The notes under the pieces are model-generated. The model was not told where the DNA came from. It saw nothing but the letters and a program-made list of their open reading frames with translations, and did no database searches. The position numbers were made by a program, and so were the translations under genes. Positions 28,950-37,773 of a stretch of 64,000 nt of DNA are shown here, piece by piece. Every line of letters begins with the position of its first letter. Within the stretch, counting starts at the first letter, position 1. The stretch is from the IMG/VR virus record IMGVR_UViG_3300044701_003160, positions 62,001 to 126,000 of that record; one strand, given 5' to 3'.

Positions 28950-29070
28950 GTTTTAAAAGGGTAAGTATGATTCAGGGGGACTGAATGGTTACAAGTATTC
29001 CCACGACACCCTCCATCGTGGGTATGAGGGATGCTTTACTTCTCGTGATCCCGGTTGGAGAAGATTCCGT
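28950..29070 (-). ncRNA. Structured psbA 5' leader (PhotoRC-II-like RNA motif)
   Basis: Hairpins CTTCTC/GAGAAG, CCCACGA/TCGTGGG and ATTCAG/CTGAAT between promoter and psbA ATG; family name from recall. Confidence 0.6.
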
Positions 29071-29112
29071 AGGTAAGAAATTGTTACATTCCTTAACCCC
29101 GTGTATGTATAT

Positions 29113-29141
29113 ATAATAGCACTGTCAGGAAATGCTGTCAA
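29113..29141 (-). promoter_or_regulatory. psbA sigma70-type promoter
   Basis: TTGACA(29136-29141)-N17-TATTAT(29113-29118). Confidence 0.8.
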
Positions 29142-29183
29142 TAGGTCCAATTACCTAGGTGGCACAAGATAAATAAGAACCTT

Positions 29184-30434
29184 TTAGTAAATCTCTCTCC
29201 ATCTCATAGATACTCCAACATTACTAGGATCTGTTCCAATATTACTTACACGAACTGAAAAGATTTCTGAGTCTGTCGAATCAAAATTTTGTGTTAGATA
29301 ATTCTTTTTAGATGTTGGGCCTGATTGGGCAACAGTAGTTGTTGCTGATGGTTTTGTTACATTTTGACTGTCTCCTGCAGCATAACCACCCATAAAATCT
29401 TCAAAATATGTGGTGCTAATTCCAGTAGCACTTTCATTAAATTCAACAACAGATTCTGTATTTTCAGAAACCCAAGTTCCTGTCGTATTAATTCCAGTTG
29501 AACTTCGTAATTTTACAACTTCATATTTTACATTTGCCCCACTACTAAACACAGAGACATCTTCAAGTTTTACTGTTGCTCTATTTGGATATCCCTTAAA
29601 TGAATTCTTAAGTCTAATTGCAATAATTGGAACTGTAGTGCCTACACCAACAGTTCTAAGATTTGTTGTATGTGAAAATTCTCTTCCTGCCTCTGTATAT
29701 CCACCTTCACTCATTACACTAGAACAAATTTGAATAAAAGAACCTCCAGCACCTACTTGTGTTCCTACATTTCTAACCTCACATCTTACTGGAAGATTTG
29801 GATTAGACATATAAACTGTTGGGATATGATTTGAATTATAAAATTCGTGACAAACAACATTCTTACCATCGATTGAAAATCCGCAACGAACTCTACCAAC
29901 ACCTAACCATTCAAAGTCAGTAAAGAACAATTGAGTTTTGGTAATATCTAATGTAAATCCAGAAGGGTCTTGTCCTGTTAATCTATCTTTGTTCCATTGA
30001 GACTGAGTAACTCTTCTATCTGAAGCAATTCCAGTTACATAAGACCTAATTACGAAACTTAAAGTTCCATCTGGTGCTTGCTCAAAGAAAATTCCATCCC
30101 TATCATCAAAGTATCCAGTTCTCTTATAGACATTTTGCTGTGCCGTACCAAAATTAAATGTTGAGAAAATCAATTGAGATTTACCAGGCATATAATGATG
30201 ATATCTCTTTGTCTGGTGAATAGTATATCCATCAGTACTGATACCAGAACTTAAAATTGCTGCAGCTTGATTTACATCAAAAGTTACAGTTGCGCCAGTA
30301 CCTACCTTTACATCTATAAAGTCTGGGTCAATAGAATAAAGGTGCTTATAATCTCCAAGAGTAAATGGTTCTGATACCCTTAATCTTCCAAAAGCGTCAT
30401 CTCCGGGTTTCCACGGATCATATAAGTGTGACAT
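29184..30434 (-). CDS. Putative virion structural protein (beta-rich)
   Basis: DAFGRLRVSEP..., YHHYMPGKSQ, WLGVGRVRCGF; Thr/Ser/Gly-rich. Confidence 0.55.
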   Translation of the reverse strand: MSHLYDPWKPGDDAFGRLRVSEPFTLGDYKHLYSIDPDFIDVKVGTGATVTFDVNQAAAILSSGISTDGYTIHQTKRYHHYMPGKSQLIFSTFNFGTAQQNVYKRTGYFDDRDGIFFEQAPDGTLSFVIRSYVTGIASDRRVTQSQWNKDRLTGQDPSGFTLDITKTQLFFTDFEWLGVGRVRCGFSIDGKNVVCHEFYNSNHIPTVYMSNPNLPVRCEVRNVGTQVGAGGSFIQICSSVMSEGGYTEAGREFSHTTNLRTVGVGTTVPIIAIRLKNSFKGYPNRATVKLEDVSVFSSGANVKYEVVKLRSSTGINTTGTWVSENTESVVEFNESATGISTTYFEDFMGGYAAGDSQNVTKPSATTTVAQSGPTSKKNYLTQNFDSTDSEIFSVRVSNIGTDPSNVGVSMRWREIY

Positions 30435-31267
30435 TAGACTACCCTCCAACCATTTCTATAAACAAAAGTAAGTGACCCATAATCATAAGCAATAATTGCT
30501 CTGTCTCTACCATCAATAGTATCAGAACCAGATGGGAGAATTGTGATATATCTATTAACTCCTCTGGATGCTTCTCCAAGTTCATCTTTTACTATGTAGG
30601 TCTTTCCATCCTTCCTTGGTGTTGGAAGAGTGATTGTAACTGCTCCTGCATAATTAACACCAATATAATAATCTTGTGGAGTTATTGTATACGATGAAGT
30701 GGTGATATATGTAAGAGGCATATCCATATATGCCAGATTTGTCTCACCACCTCCACCTAATGTGGAAAGTTGTTGCTGTATTCTATTGAGAAACAGATTG
30801 TAATGTTTCTGTAAATCTTCAATTGTTGCAAACTTCTGATCTAAAGGAGCTAATGGATCTTGTTGAACTTTAGCATCCGATGGTTCTGCAAGAAGACCTA
30901 AAGATTTTTCTATAAGTGTAAGTTCTTTAGGTTTTTCTGAAGATTCTTCTACTATATTATCTACAATTTCCTGAACTTCTTCAATAACTTCTTCTACAAT
31001 TTCTTGTACTTCTTCTATTGGTTTTTCTTTTACTTTATCAGAATACAACCAATTCTCAAATGATTCTAAAGTTTTTTGCTCTTTCTTTTTTTGAATCTTA
31101 TTTTTTTTCTTTAGTGTCGTTACTTCTTCAAATACATTACTTAAATTCAAATCTCCAACAATAGAAGTAAATTCATCCTTCTGTCTTTTTTTCTCAGAAT
31201 TAACCAAAGAAAAAAAATCAGAAAGATTTAAACTATCTTCTATGTCTATAGGTTTCTTAAATTCCAC
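30434..31267 (-). CDS. Putative tail-fibre-associated protein
   Basis: Acidic coiled-coil N-half; C-terminal YYIGVNYAGAVTITLP...TYIVKDE.G...ITI..SGSDTIDG fibre-type module. Confidence 0.55.
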   Translation of the reverse strand: MEFKKPIDIEDSLNLSDFFSLVNSEKKRQKDEFTSIVGDLNLSNVFEEVTTLKKKNKIQKKKEQKTLESFENWLYSDKVKEKPIEEVQEIVEEVIEEVQEIVDNIVEESSEKPKELTLIEKSLGLLAEPSDAKVQQDPLAPLDQKFATIEDLQKHYNLFLNRIQQQLSTLGGGGETNLAYMDMPLTYITTSSYTITPQDYYIGVNYAGAVTITLPTPRKDGKTYIVKDELGEASRGVNRYITILPSGSDTIDGRDRAIIAYDYGSLTFVYRNGWRVV

Positions 31268-31339
31268 TTATAAACTATTAGCATTTCCTATGATAATATT
31301 TATTATATCATAAATATTTCGGTATCACAAAAACCTCAG

Positions 31340-31453
31340 ATGTCTAAGTCAGCAAACAAGGGTAAGAAGGGATCTGCTGGCGGGAAGCAGTCGAAACAAA
31401 ATTCTGGTAATGCGACTGCAAAGAAAGCCAAAAATGGTGGTAAGAAAAAGTGA
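31340..31453 (+). CDS. Small Lys/Gly-rich basic protein (37 aa)
   Basis: MSKSANKGKKGSAGGKQSKQNSGNATAKKAKNGGKKK; ATAAATA upstream. Confidence 0.6.
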   Translation: MSKSANKGKKGSAGGKQSKQNSGNATAKKAKNGGKKK

Positions 31454-31459
31454 GGATGT

Positions 31460-31651
31460 ATGCCACGAGAATGGAATACTCCAAATCGTGAGCCTTGGAA
31501 CGCACCGATACATAATATCCTAAAAGCAATAGACAATCACACTCACGAGTATTTTAAGAGTGGTGATATTTGGCATCTTGAAAAAGCAGATATGTTAAGA
31601 CAATACTTGCACGAATTAAAAACTTGGATTCATAAGACTGAAGGAAGATGA
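31460..31651 (+). CDS. Hypothetical protein
   Basis: 63-aa ORF with GAGG RBS. Confidence 0.65.
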   Translation: MPREWNTPNREPWNAPIHNILKAIDNHTHEYFKSGDIWHLEKADMLRQYLHELKTWIHKTEGR

Positions 31652-32064
31652 TTGAGATCTTGGAAGGCATTAGTATTTTAATTTCTATTGGAAACTCTCT
31701 GAAAGATCTTAAAGATAAATTCTTTAACTCAGAGAGAAGAAAAGAAATATCAGAATGGTTATATGAAATTGGAAGCGTTGTTGAAGACATAGCAATCTCT
31801 TTAGATAAGGGAGAATATCCTCATCAAACTTGTGCGAGAATGGGATATATTGCAGAAACTTTTTCTGATGTTGTTGGAGATGCAATCACCTCAAAGGAAG
31901 AAGAAAAACTAAAATACCTATTATATTCCTCAGTAAATATTGAAAAAACATTTGGAGAATATATGTCTCTTGAAGGATTTGATAAGACTACATATATTCA
32001 AGAACTCTATTCAATATCAGGTTCAATTTTGGGTATTGCAGACACATTAAAATATAAAAAATGA
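31648..32064 (+). CDS. Hypothetical protein
   Basis: 138 aa, ATGA-coupled. Confidence 0.65.
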   Translation: MIEILEGISILISIGNSLKDLKDKFFNSERRKEISEWLYEIGSVVEDIAISLDKGEYPHQTCARMGYIAETFSDVVGDAITSKEEEKLKYLLYSSVNIEKTFGEYMSLEGFDKTTYIQELYSISGSILGIADTLKYKK

Positions 32065-32210
32065 TTCACGATTTTCCTTGGGGAGTAGTAATTATACTTG
32101 GTAGTGGATTGATATTTACTGCTTGGATAATTTACTACATATTAAGAGTAGCATATCTGGAGATGAAAGATGTATCAGTACAAAATCAAGAAGATCAACA
32201 GAGTCATTGA
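32061..32210 (+). CDS. Small membrane protein (49 aa)
   Basis: MIHDFPWGVVIILGSGLIFTAWIIYYILRVAYLE...; ATGA-coupled. Confidence 0.55.
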   Translation: MIHDFPWGVVIILGSGLIFTAWIIYYILRVAYLEMKDVSVQNQEDQQSH

Positions 32211-32508
32211 TGGCGACACAGTTGATCTTGATATTGATTTAGGATTTTGGATTACTGTATCATATAAAGTCAGATTAAAGGATATTGATGCTGCTGAAAC
32301 TAGAACAAAAGATCTAGCAGAAAAAGCAGAAGGTCTAGCAGCAAAAGCATGGCTAGAAAAAGAACTCTCCCGTGAGGGAGAGTGGATTATTGAAACGACA
32401 AAAGAGGACAAGTATGGAAGAATACTTGGAACTCTTTATCTTGTTGGCGATCCTGTCACAGTTAATGAAAGAATGTTGAATGAAGGAATCGCAAAACCTT
32501 ATGTGTAA
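32170..32508 (+). CDS. Thermonuclease (SNase-like) protein
   Basis: RVIDGDTVDLDIDLGF...VRL..IDAAE.R...DKYGRILG...LNEG.A. Confidence 0.85.
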   Translation: MYQYKIKKINRVIDGDTVDLDIDLGFWITVSYKVRLKDIDAAETRTKDLAEKAEGLAAKAWLEKELSREGEWIIETTKEDKYGRILGTLYLVGDPVTVNERMLNEGIAKPYV

Positions 32509-32672
32509 TGAGAAAGAAACTTCTTCCCATTCTCATTCTTCTGAGACTTCTAATAAATGATGGTCTCTTTATGGAAAACCGAAGGACTCAACCTAAACCT
32601 CAACCACCAGAAGTTCGTGCTGCTATTCGTAGAACTTGGAAAAGAGGTAGGAAGTTATTTACGACTCCATAA
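32508..32672 (+). CDS. Small hypothetical protein (54 aa)
   Basis: MRKKLLPILILLRLLINDG...; start overlaps upstream stop. Confidence 0.45.
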   Translation: MRKKLLPILILLRLLINDGLFMENRRTQPKPQPPEVRAAIRRTWKRGRKLFTTP

Positions 32673-33128
32673 AGTACCTTCAGCAACTCTTCTTCTCAAT
32701 AACCCTTTTTCTACTTTAGTTCCAGGATTACGATAAAGTTCTAATGCCCCCGGAACTTTAGACCATTCTTTATTTCTAAGGACTTTTGTTATGGTATTAA
32801 AATTGGGATTCCCATAAAAATCAGCCCCAAGATTATAAGCAAAAGAAAGAAGTGCTCCTTGTTGATTCTCATTCATTTCGTTCCAATAAGGGATTTTTCG
32901 AAGTGAAGGAAGAAACCGATTTTCAAGATCAAATAGCAATAACCTATTTGCATATTCTTGAGTGATTATTTTTCCCATCTTAAAAGCAGATCCATCAAAA
33001 TCCTTCGTACTTCCCCATCCTACTGTGATTGGAAGTTTTCCAGTTAGTGGATCTGGATATGAGTGTAAATGACATCCTTCAAATTCTTTAATTAGAAAGA
33101 CACCACTTTGAGGAATTTGTGATGTCAT
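32655..33128 (-). CDS. GH24 lysozyme (endolysin)
   Basis: IKEFEGC.L.SYPDP..G..PITVGWGST...ALLSFAYNLG...GLLRRR.AE. Confidence 0.9.
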   Translation of the reverse strand: MTSQIPQSGVFLIKEFEGCHLHSYPDPLTGKLPITVGWGSTKDFDGSAFKMGKIITQEYANRLLLFDLENRFLPSLRKIPYWNEMNENQQGALLSFAYNLGADFYGNPNFNTITKVLRNKEWSKVPGALELYRNPGTKVEKGLLRRRVAEGTLWSRK

Positions 33129-33130
33129 TT

Positions 33131-33835
33131 CTACTTTTTTGCGTAAAAAATTCTACCCCAACCAGTCTTATCCTTATTATTTTCTAACCAACGATACTGA
33201 AGATCGGAACGCTTATAAACCGCACCTTTACCGTTAGTTACTGCACCTGTATATCCATCGTTCAAAGATCCATAGGGGTCATTAATAATATAATCTGTTC
33301 CTTTTTTACCAATTACTACACACATGTGACCGCCAGTAGGAGCAGATAAAGTACCGCGATGAAGAATCCCGATAACAACGGGTCTCCCAGCGGCAAGCTC
33401 ACGATCAAGATCAGCGAAACCAAGATTATACTTAAACTCAGACTTAATTCCATAATCAACAAGAACTTTTGTCTGAACTGAGTGATCAGTCGTATCTCCT
33501 GTTGCGAGAACTTTCTTAAGATAGGCATCGTCGCCCTTTGCTCCTGGAAGTGTTCCTGGTTTGAAGTACTCAAGACACATTGCACAAGAAGAAGAATTGC
33601 AAGTTCTATCTGGTTGAGTATAGTTATCTACCTGAGGAAAATAAGGAACGTTCAGAATTCCTGGTTGGGCTGGGGGTTCTTGTTTGGTTCTGTAGATACT
33701 AACCCAAGTACTGGAGTCATCCATTAACTCGGGTACTTTTGCAAGTAAATCTTTTTCAAGTTGCTCTACTGATGCAACGTGATTTGGATTCTTAGGATCG
33801 TAATGTAAAAAGAAATTGTGAAGATCAATTTGCAT
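33131..33835 (-). CDS. Peptidase C39-like protein
   Basis: LNVPYFPQ.DN...RTCNSSSCAM...GGHM.VVIG...IINDPYG. Confidence 0.8.
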   Translation of the reverse strand: MQIDLHNFFLHYDPKNPNHVASVEQLEKDLLAKVPELMDDSSTWVSIYRTKQEPPAQPGILNVPYFPQVDNYTQPDRTCNSSSCAMCLEYFKPGTLPGAKGDDAYLKKVLATGDTTDHSVQTKVLVDYGIKSEFKYNLGFADLDRELAAGRPVVIGILHRGTLSAPTGGHMCVVIGKKGTDYIINDPYGSLNDGYTGAVTNGKGAVYKRSDLQYRWLENNKDKTGWGRIFYAKK

Positions 33836-33865
33836 ACTTATACTCCTCCAAGATTATCTTATTTA

Positions 33866-34027
33866 TTAACGAGCATACTCATTAATCTTATCGAGTACCA
33901 TATTCAGGTACTGATCTGCAAGCGATTTGGGATCTGAGGTATAACCAATATGTTCGTTTTGTAGTTTCTGCTTTAACTTTAAGACTTGACATTTCATCTC
34001 ATCTTTTGTTAATTGTCCCCTTGGCAT
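33866..34027 (-). CDS. Small hypothetical protein (53 aa)
   Basis: MPRGQLTKDEMKCQVLKLKQKL...; CTAAATA upstream. Confidence 0.55.
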   Translation of the reverse strand: MPRGQLTKDEMKCQVLKLKQKLQNEHIGYTSDPKSLADQYLNMVLDKINEYAR

Positions 34028-34088
34028 TATACTAAAAAACTCTGATTCTTTATTTAGAAACAGAGTTTAAGTATTATTGCTTATTATA

Positions 34089-34616
34089 TCAAACTGGTGT
34101 GGTTTCCCTCACAGTTGATTTTACATATTCTAGAACTGCTTCTGGTGTTGATTCCTCATAAGGATCAGTCGGAGCATTATCTTGCCTTCCTGTTTCCTCA
34201 AAGAGTTTCTCAATAATCCCATTATCTACCACAGCAGCATATCTCCAAGAACGCTCACCAAAACCAAGATTGGTCTTGGCAACGAGTTGACCCATAGAAC
34301 GAGTGAAGTAAGCGTTGCCATCAGGAATTAGTTGTACGTTTTGAATGTTTTGATCTTGTGCCCAAGCATTCATCGTAAAAGCGTCATTAACAGAAATGCA
34401 GTAAATAGCATCGATGCCAAGGTCCCTGAATGTTCCATAGTTCTCCTCAAATCCTGGAAGTTGATATGCACTACAAGTGGGAGTAAACGCACCGGGAAGT
34501 GAGAAAATTACTACACGCTTGTTGTTAAAGAGTTCGGCAGAAGTACGAGTTACGAATTCACCTGCCTCACGGAAAATAAATTCTACTTGAGGAATTTGAT
34601 AACCTTCTCTACGCAT
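34089..34616 (-). CDS. Type II peroxiredoxin
   Basis: VVIFSLPGAFTPTCS...CISVNDAF.M.AW...PDGN..FT...RSWRYA. Confidence 0.92.
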   Translation of the reverse strand: MRREGYQIPQVEFIFREAGEFVTRTSAELFNNKRVVIFSLPGAFTPTCSAYQLPGFEENYGTFRDLGIDAIYCISVNDAFTMNAWAQDQNIQNVQLIPDGNAYFTRSMGQLVAKTNLGFGERSWRYAAVVDNGIIEKLFEETGRQDNAPTDPYEESTPEAVLEYVKSTVRETTPV

Positions 34617-34627
34617 AATACCCTCCA

Positions 34628-34738
34628 TCAGAATACGCCAGGAATAATTTGTCCAGTCAGTGCATAAGCACCCATAGCAGCGACGACACCAATCATCGCA
34701 AACCAACCATTAATACGCTCAGCCTTTTCGTTAAACAT
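34628..34738 (-). CDS. hli: High-light-inducible protein (36 aa)
   Basis: MFNEKAERINGWFAMIGVVAAMGAYALTGQIIPGVF: AExxNGxxAMIG motif; missed by ORF track. Confidence 0.9.
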   Translation of the reverse strand: MFNEKAERINGWFAMIGVVAAMGAYALTGQIIPGVF

Positions 34739-34749
34739 TGTTTTTTTCC

Positions 34750-34836
34750 TCAATAAGTTTCAGAAAGTTGATTGACAGAATGTGCAAGAAGCACGAAAAA
34801 AGAAATACTAGTTACAGTAAAAATGAGTTCGCTCAT
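34750..34836 (-). CDS. Small hydrophobic peptide (28 aa) between hli genes
   Basis: MSELIFTVTSISFFVLLAHSVNQLSETY; start overlaps upstream stop. Confidence 0.5.
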   Translation of the reverse strand: MSELIFTVTSISFFVLLAHSVNQLSETY

Positions 34837-35045
34837 TAGATCACACCAAAGAAGAGGTGGCCTGTGAGTGCATAAGAAATAATTGCTGCAACGAATCCCA
34901 GCATCGCAGTACGGCCATTCAGTCGCTCTGCTCTTTCAGCATAAGTCTCAAGTGCATAACGCTCAGCATCAGTCTGAGAGATATACATCTGAGGTTCTTT
35001 GGCAAACATATTCTGCTGCCCACGCTCATTTGTTGTAACGGTCAT
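34836..35045 (-). CDS. hli: High-light-inducible protein
   Basis: AERLNGRTAMLGF; TTNERGQQNMFAKEP N-terminus. Confidence 0.93.
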   Translation of the reverse strand: MTVTTNERGQQNMFAKEPQMYISQTDAERYALETYAERAERLNGRTAMLGFVAAIISYALTGHLFFGVI

Positions 35046-35072
35046 TTTAGTTTTATTAAGAACTGTAACAAT

Positions 35073-35110
35073 ATTATATAGGAAAAATAAAGGGGCGTCA
35101 AGCCCCTTAT
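35073..35110 (-). terminator. pstS terminator overlapping hli promoter
   Basis: AAGGGGC-ttgac-GCCCCTT-T-rich; TTGACG-N17-TATAAT. Confidence 0.8.
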
Positions 35111-35118
35111 GTAAGAAT

Positions 35119-36084
35119 TTACTGACCGATACGCTTCACGGCAAGTCGTGATTTATTAAGAATGCTACCTGCAAGAGGAACATAACCCAAATCATCAGCA
35201 ATCATTTGTGCCTTTGCACTCAGAGCATAGTTGAGTGCCTGTTGAATATCACCTGCTTTCCTAGCACTATTACCAGTCTTATAGGCAAGAACCCAAGTCA
35301 GAGTGGAGATAGGATATGCACCAGAGGCAGAAGGATTGGGATTTTCACCAGCAAGATTTGCATCCAGTTTAATGGAGTTAAGAGCAATAGCACCAGACTT
35401 AGCAGTAGGAAGAACAAACTGCCCTGCCTTATTTTGAAGAGCAGCAACTTGCAGTTTGTTCGACTTCACAAATCCAGTATTTACATAACCAATTGAACCA
35501 GCAGTTTGGCGAATTGTTCCAGAGACACCTTCGTTTCCTTTACCACCAAGACCAACGGGCCAATTGACGGACTTACCTACACCAGGTTTCCAACCACCAA
35601 AAGCATCCAGAGAGTTAGTGAATGCAAAAGTAGTTCCAGAACCATCAGAACGATGAACAACAGTCATAGGACCTGCAGCACATCCAACTTGCTTCCAATC
35701 ACGGATACGACCTGAGAAAATATCCACAGTTTGCTTCTGAGTGAGTTTCAGAGAGCATCCTGCTTTGTTATAGGCAATCGCAATCGTTCCACCCACCATA
35801 GGGATTTGAACGACACCACGCTTCACTTTAGATGCCTCTTTTGACGAGATAGGTTCGTCAGTTGCTCCGAAGTCAACTGTACCCGCAACGAATTGACGGA
35901 CACCAGCACCAGAACCAACCGACTGGTAGTTTACACGATTTCCAGATGATTGTGCATAATCTTGGAACCAACGCTGATAGAGAGGTGCAGGAAAGGTTGC
36001 ACCAGCACCATTAATAGGGGGTCCGGCAATTGCCGCAACAGGAGCAGCAACTAGACCAGCAGCAATAAGGTTTTTAAGTTTCAT
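35119..36084 (-). CDS. pstS: Phosphate-binding protein
   Basis: GAGATFPAPLY..W; YQSVGSGAG..QF; HRSDGSGTT; GKGNEGV; YPISTLTW. Confidence 0.95.
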   Translation of the reverse strand: MKLKNLIAAGLVAAPVAAIAGPPINGAGATFPAPLYQRWFQDYAQSSGNRVNYQSVGSGAGVRQFVAGTVDFGATDEPISSKEASKVKRGVVQIPMVGGTIAIAYNKAGCSLKLTQKQTVDIFSGRIRDWKQVGCAAGPMTVVHRSDGSGTTFAFTNSLDAFGGWKPGVGKSVNWPVGLGGKGNEGVSGTIRQTAGSIGYVNTGFVKSNKLQVAALQNKAGQFVLPTAKSGAIALNSIKLDANLAGENPNPSASGAYPISTLTWVLAYKTGNSARKAGDIQQALNYALSAKAQMIADDLGYVPLAGSILNKSRLAVKRIGQ

Positions 36085-36143
36085 AAAAATTTGTTTAGAA
36101 GTGAAATAGACTTCTTAGAAATCATAAGAGAAGATGAAAAATA

Positions 36144-36176
36144 AGTCCACTAAGATTTGGTTAAGAAGTTCATAAC
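36144..36176 (-). promoter_or_regulatory. Pho-box-like direct repeats upstream of pstS
   Basis: GTTATGA / CTTAACC / CTTAGTG at an 11-bp period. Confidence 0.55.
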
Positions 36177-36179
36177 ATA

Positions 36180-36208
36180 AAAAAGCACCCAAAGAATGGG
36201 TGCTTTCA
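36180..36208 (-). terminator. Porin terminator
   Basis: AAAGCACCCA-ttctt-TGGGTGCTTT-TTT. Confidence 0.8.
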
Positions 36209-36228
36209 CTCAGATTATGAGTAATTTA

Positions 36229-37710
36229 TCAGAAGGTGAACTTGGTCTGAACCACTCCACCCCAGGAAGATTCACCTCGGAACCTTTGGTCGTTGCTCAC
36301 ATAGAAGAGAGCAGGAGTGATGCTGATGTTATCAGATACACGATACTTATAGAAGATTTCAAGCATCGTGGCATCATCACCAATGAATTCAGAATTACCA
36401 GGTTGACCAACGGCAACACCAGCGGTATTACCTTGAGCAAATACATCAGACCACTGAAGTCCAACGAACCAAGAATCAGAATCGGTAGCACCAGTCTTAG
36501 AACCGTCACCACTTACACCATTGTAACCATAACCAGCTGAGATAGAAGGAACAAACCCACTCTCAGAAGGTTGCCAGTAAGCATTCAGAGCAACGCTATT
36601 GCTTTCCTGACCAGCAGCAAGGGCACCAGAACCGCCTCCAAGGGCATTAAAGGTACGAACACGACTGCCTTCAGTACCATAACGGTAAGCAACAGCAGCA
36701 CCCCACTGAGGAGCACGATAGCCAACCTGAGCAAGGAGGTTGATTCCAGAATCAGAGTTGAATGCACCTGTCTGAGAACTGTCACCATCTTGGGAAACAT
36801 AATTCAGACCAGCAACAAATCCACCTTGACCTTTCTTGGTGGGTTGCTTCCACTGAGCACCAACACCAGCACCAGTTGCCTTGTTATAAACACCAGAGGC
36901 ACCGCCAAGTTGGAAGAAGTCCAGGATTTCCGACTTATAAGCAGAAGGAACCCAAGCCATTTCCGTGTTACGAACCAGAGGACCAGCAGTCAGAGTTACA
37001 CTCTTACTAACTGGGAACTGATAGTAAAGACGGTCAATTGTAACCTGATCAGCAAGGGATTCTGCCTTATCAAGTTTGAACAGAGAAGAACTGGAACCAA
37101 AAGGATCGCTACTGAAGTTACCGGAACGCAGACGAGTGCGGAGCAGGTCCTTACCAGTGAACGAGGTATCAAAGTTCAGACGAACATCATAATTAAATGC
37201 AGTATTACCCACATCGACACCTTTGTTAGTTTCAAGACCAGGAACTCCACCAAGAACAAAGTTTACCTCACCCTTGAGTTTAGTTGTGGTGGAGAATTGT
37301 GTTGCTTCCAAGTTTCCAACACGATTTTCCAGACCATCAACACGACCCTTGAGTACGGCAAGTTCACTCTTGAATTCGTCCAGCAGTTTCCGAAGTTCAT
37401 CTGTAGTTTCAGTTACACGATCCAAGCAAGCATTCAGAAGAGCAGCTGCTTCATAACGGGTCATTGCCTGGCCACCAACAAAAGTGCCATTAGGATAACC
37501 AGCAACGCAACCATAACGCTCTACAAGATTGCTGAGTGCCTGATATGCCCAATCAGAAGGTTGAACATCAGTAAATTGTGTAATGCTAGTAACCTGGGCA
37601 GCAGAGGCATACTTGTTGACATCCTCAATATTGAGTTCTGCAGCATTCACCGCAGGAGCAACAAGACCCAGTGCAACAGGCACGAGCATCAGTTGTTTGA
37701 GAAAATTCAT
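36229..37710 (-). CDS. Cyanobacterial Som-type outer-membrane porin (SLH + carbohydrate-selective porin barrel)
   Basis: Signal peptide; SLH motif FTDVQPSDWAYQAL..LVERYGCVAGYPNGTF...TRYEAAA; coiled coil; FSTTTKL.GE; terminal ...TKFTF. Confidence 0.93.
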   Translation of the reverse strand: MNFLKQLMLVPVALGLVAPAVNAAELNIEDVNKYASAAQVTSITQFTDVQPSDWAYQALSNLVERYGCVAGYPNGTFVGGQAMTRYEAAALLNACLDRVTETTDELRKLLDEFKSELAVLKGRVDGLENRVGNLEATQFSTTTKLKGEVNFVLGGVPGLETNKGVDVGNTAFNYDVRLNFDTSFTGKDLLRTRLRSGNFSSDPFGSSSSLFKLDKAESLADQVTIDRLYYQFPVSKSVTLTAGPLVRNTEMAWVPSAYKSEILDFFQLGGASGVYNKATGAGVGAQWKQPTKKGQGGFVAGLNYVSQDGDSSQTGAFNSDSGINLLAQVGYRAPQWGAAVAYRYGTEGSRVRTFNALGGGSGALAAGQESNSVALNAYWQPSESGFVPSISAGYGYNGVSGDGSKTGATDSDSWFVGLQWSDVFAQGNTAGVAVGQPGNSEFIGDDATMLEIFYKYRVSDNISITPALFYVSNDQRFRGESSWGGVVQTKFTF

Positions 37711-37773
37711 AAATGTGTTTTTTTGTTAAACGACAAGTGTTAAGAATTATAACTAATTCTCAACAACGTATTT

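Noticed and set aside
29076-29090. NtcA site near the psbA promoter
   Set aside because: Sequence is GTA-N9-TAC, not the canonical GTA-N8-TAC; treated under the shared motif finding instead.
36571-37743. 390-aa plus-strand ORF
   Set aside because: Antisense shadow of the porin gene, explained by its codon bias; no recognisable motifs or RBS.
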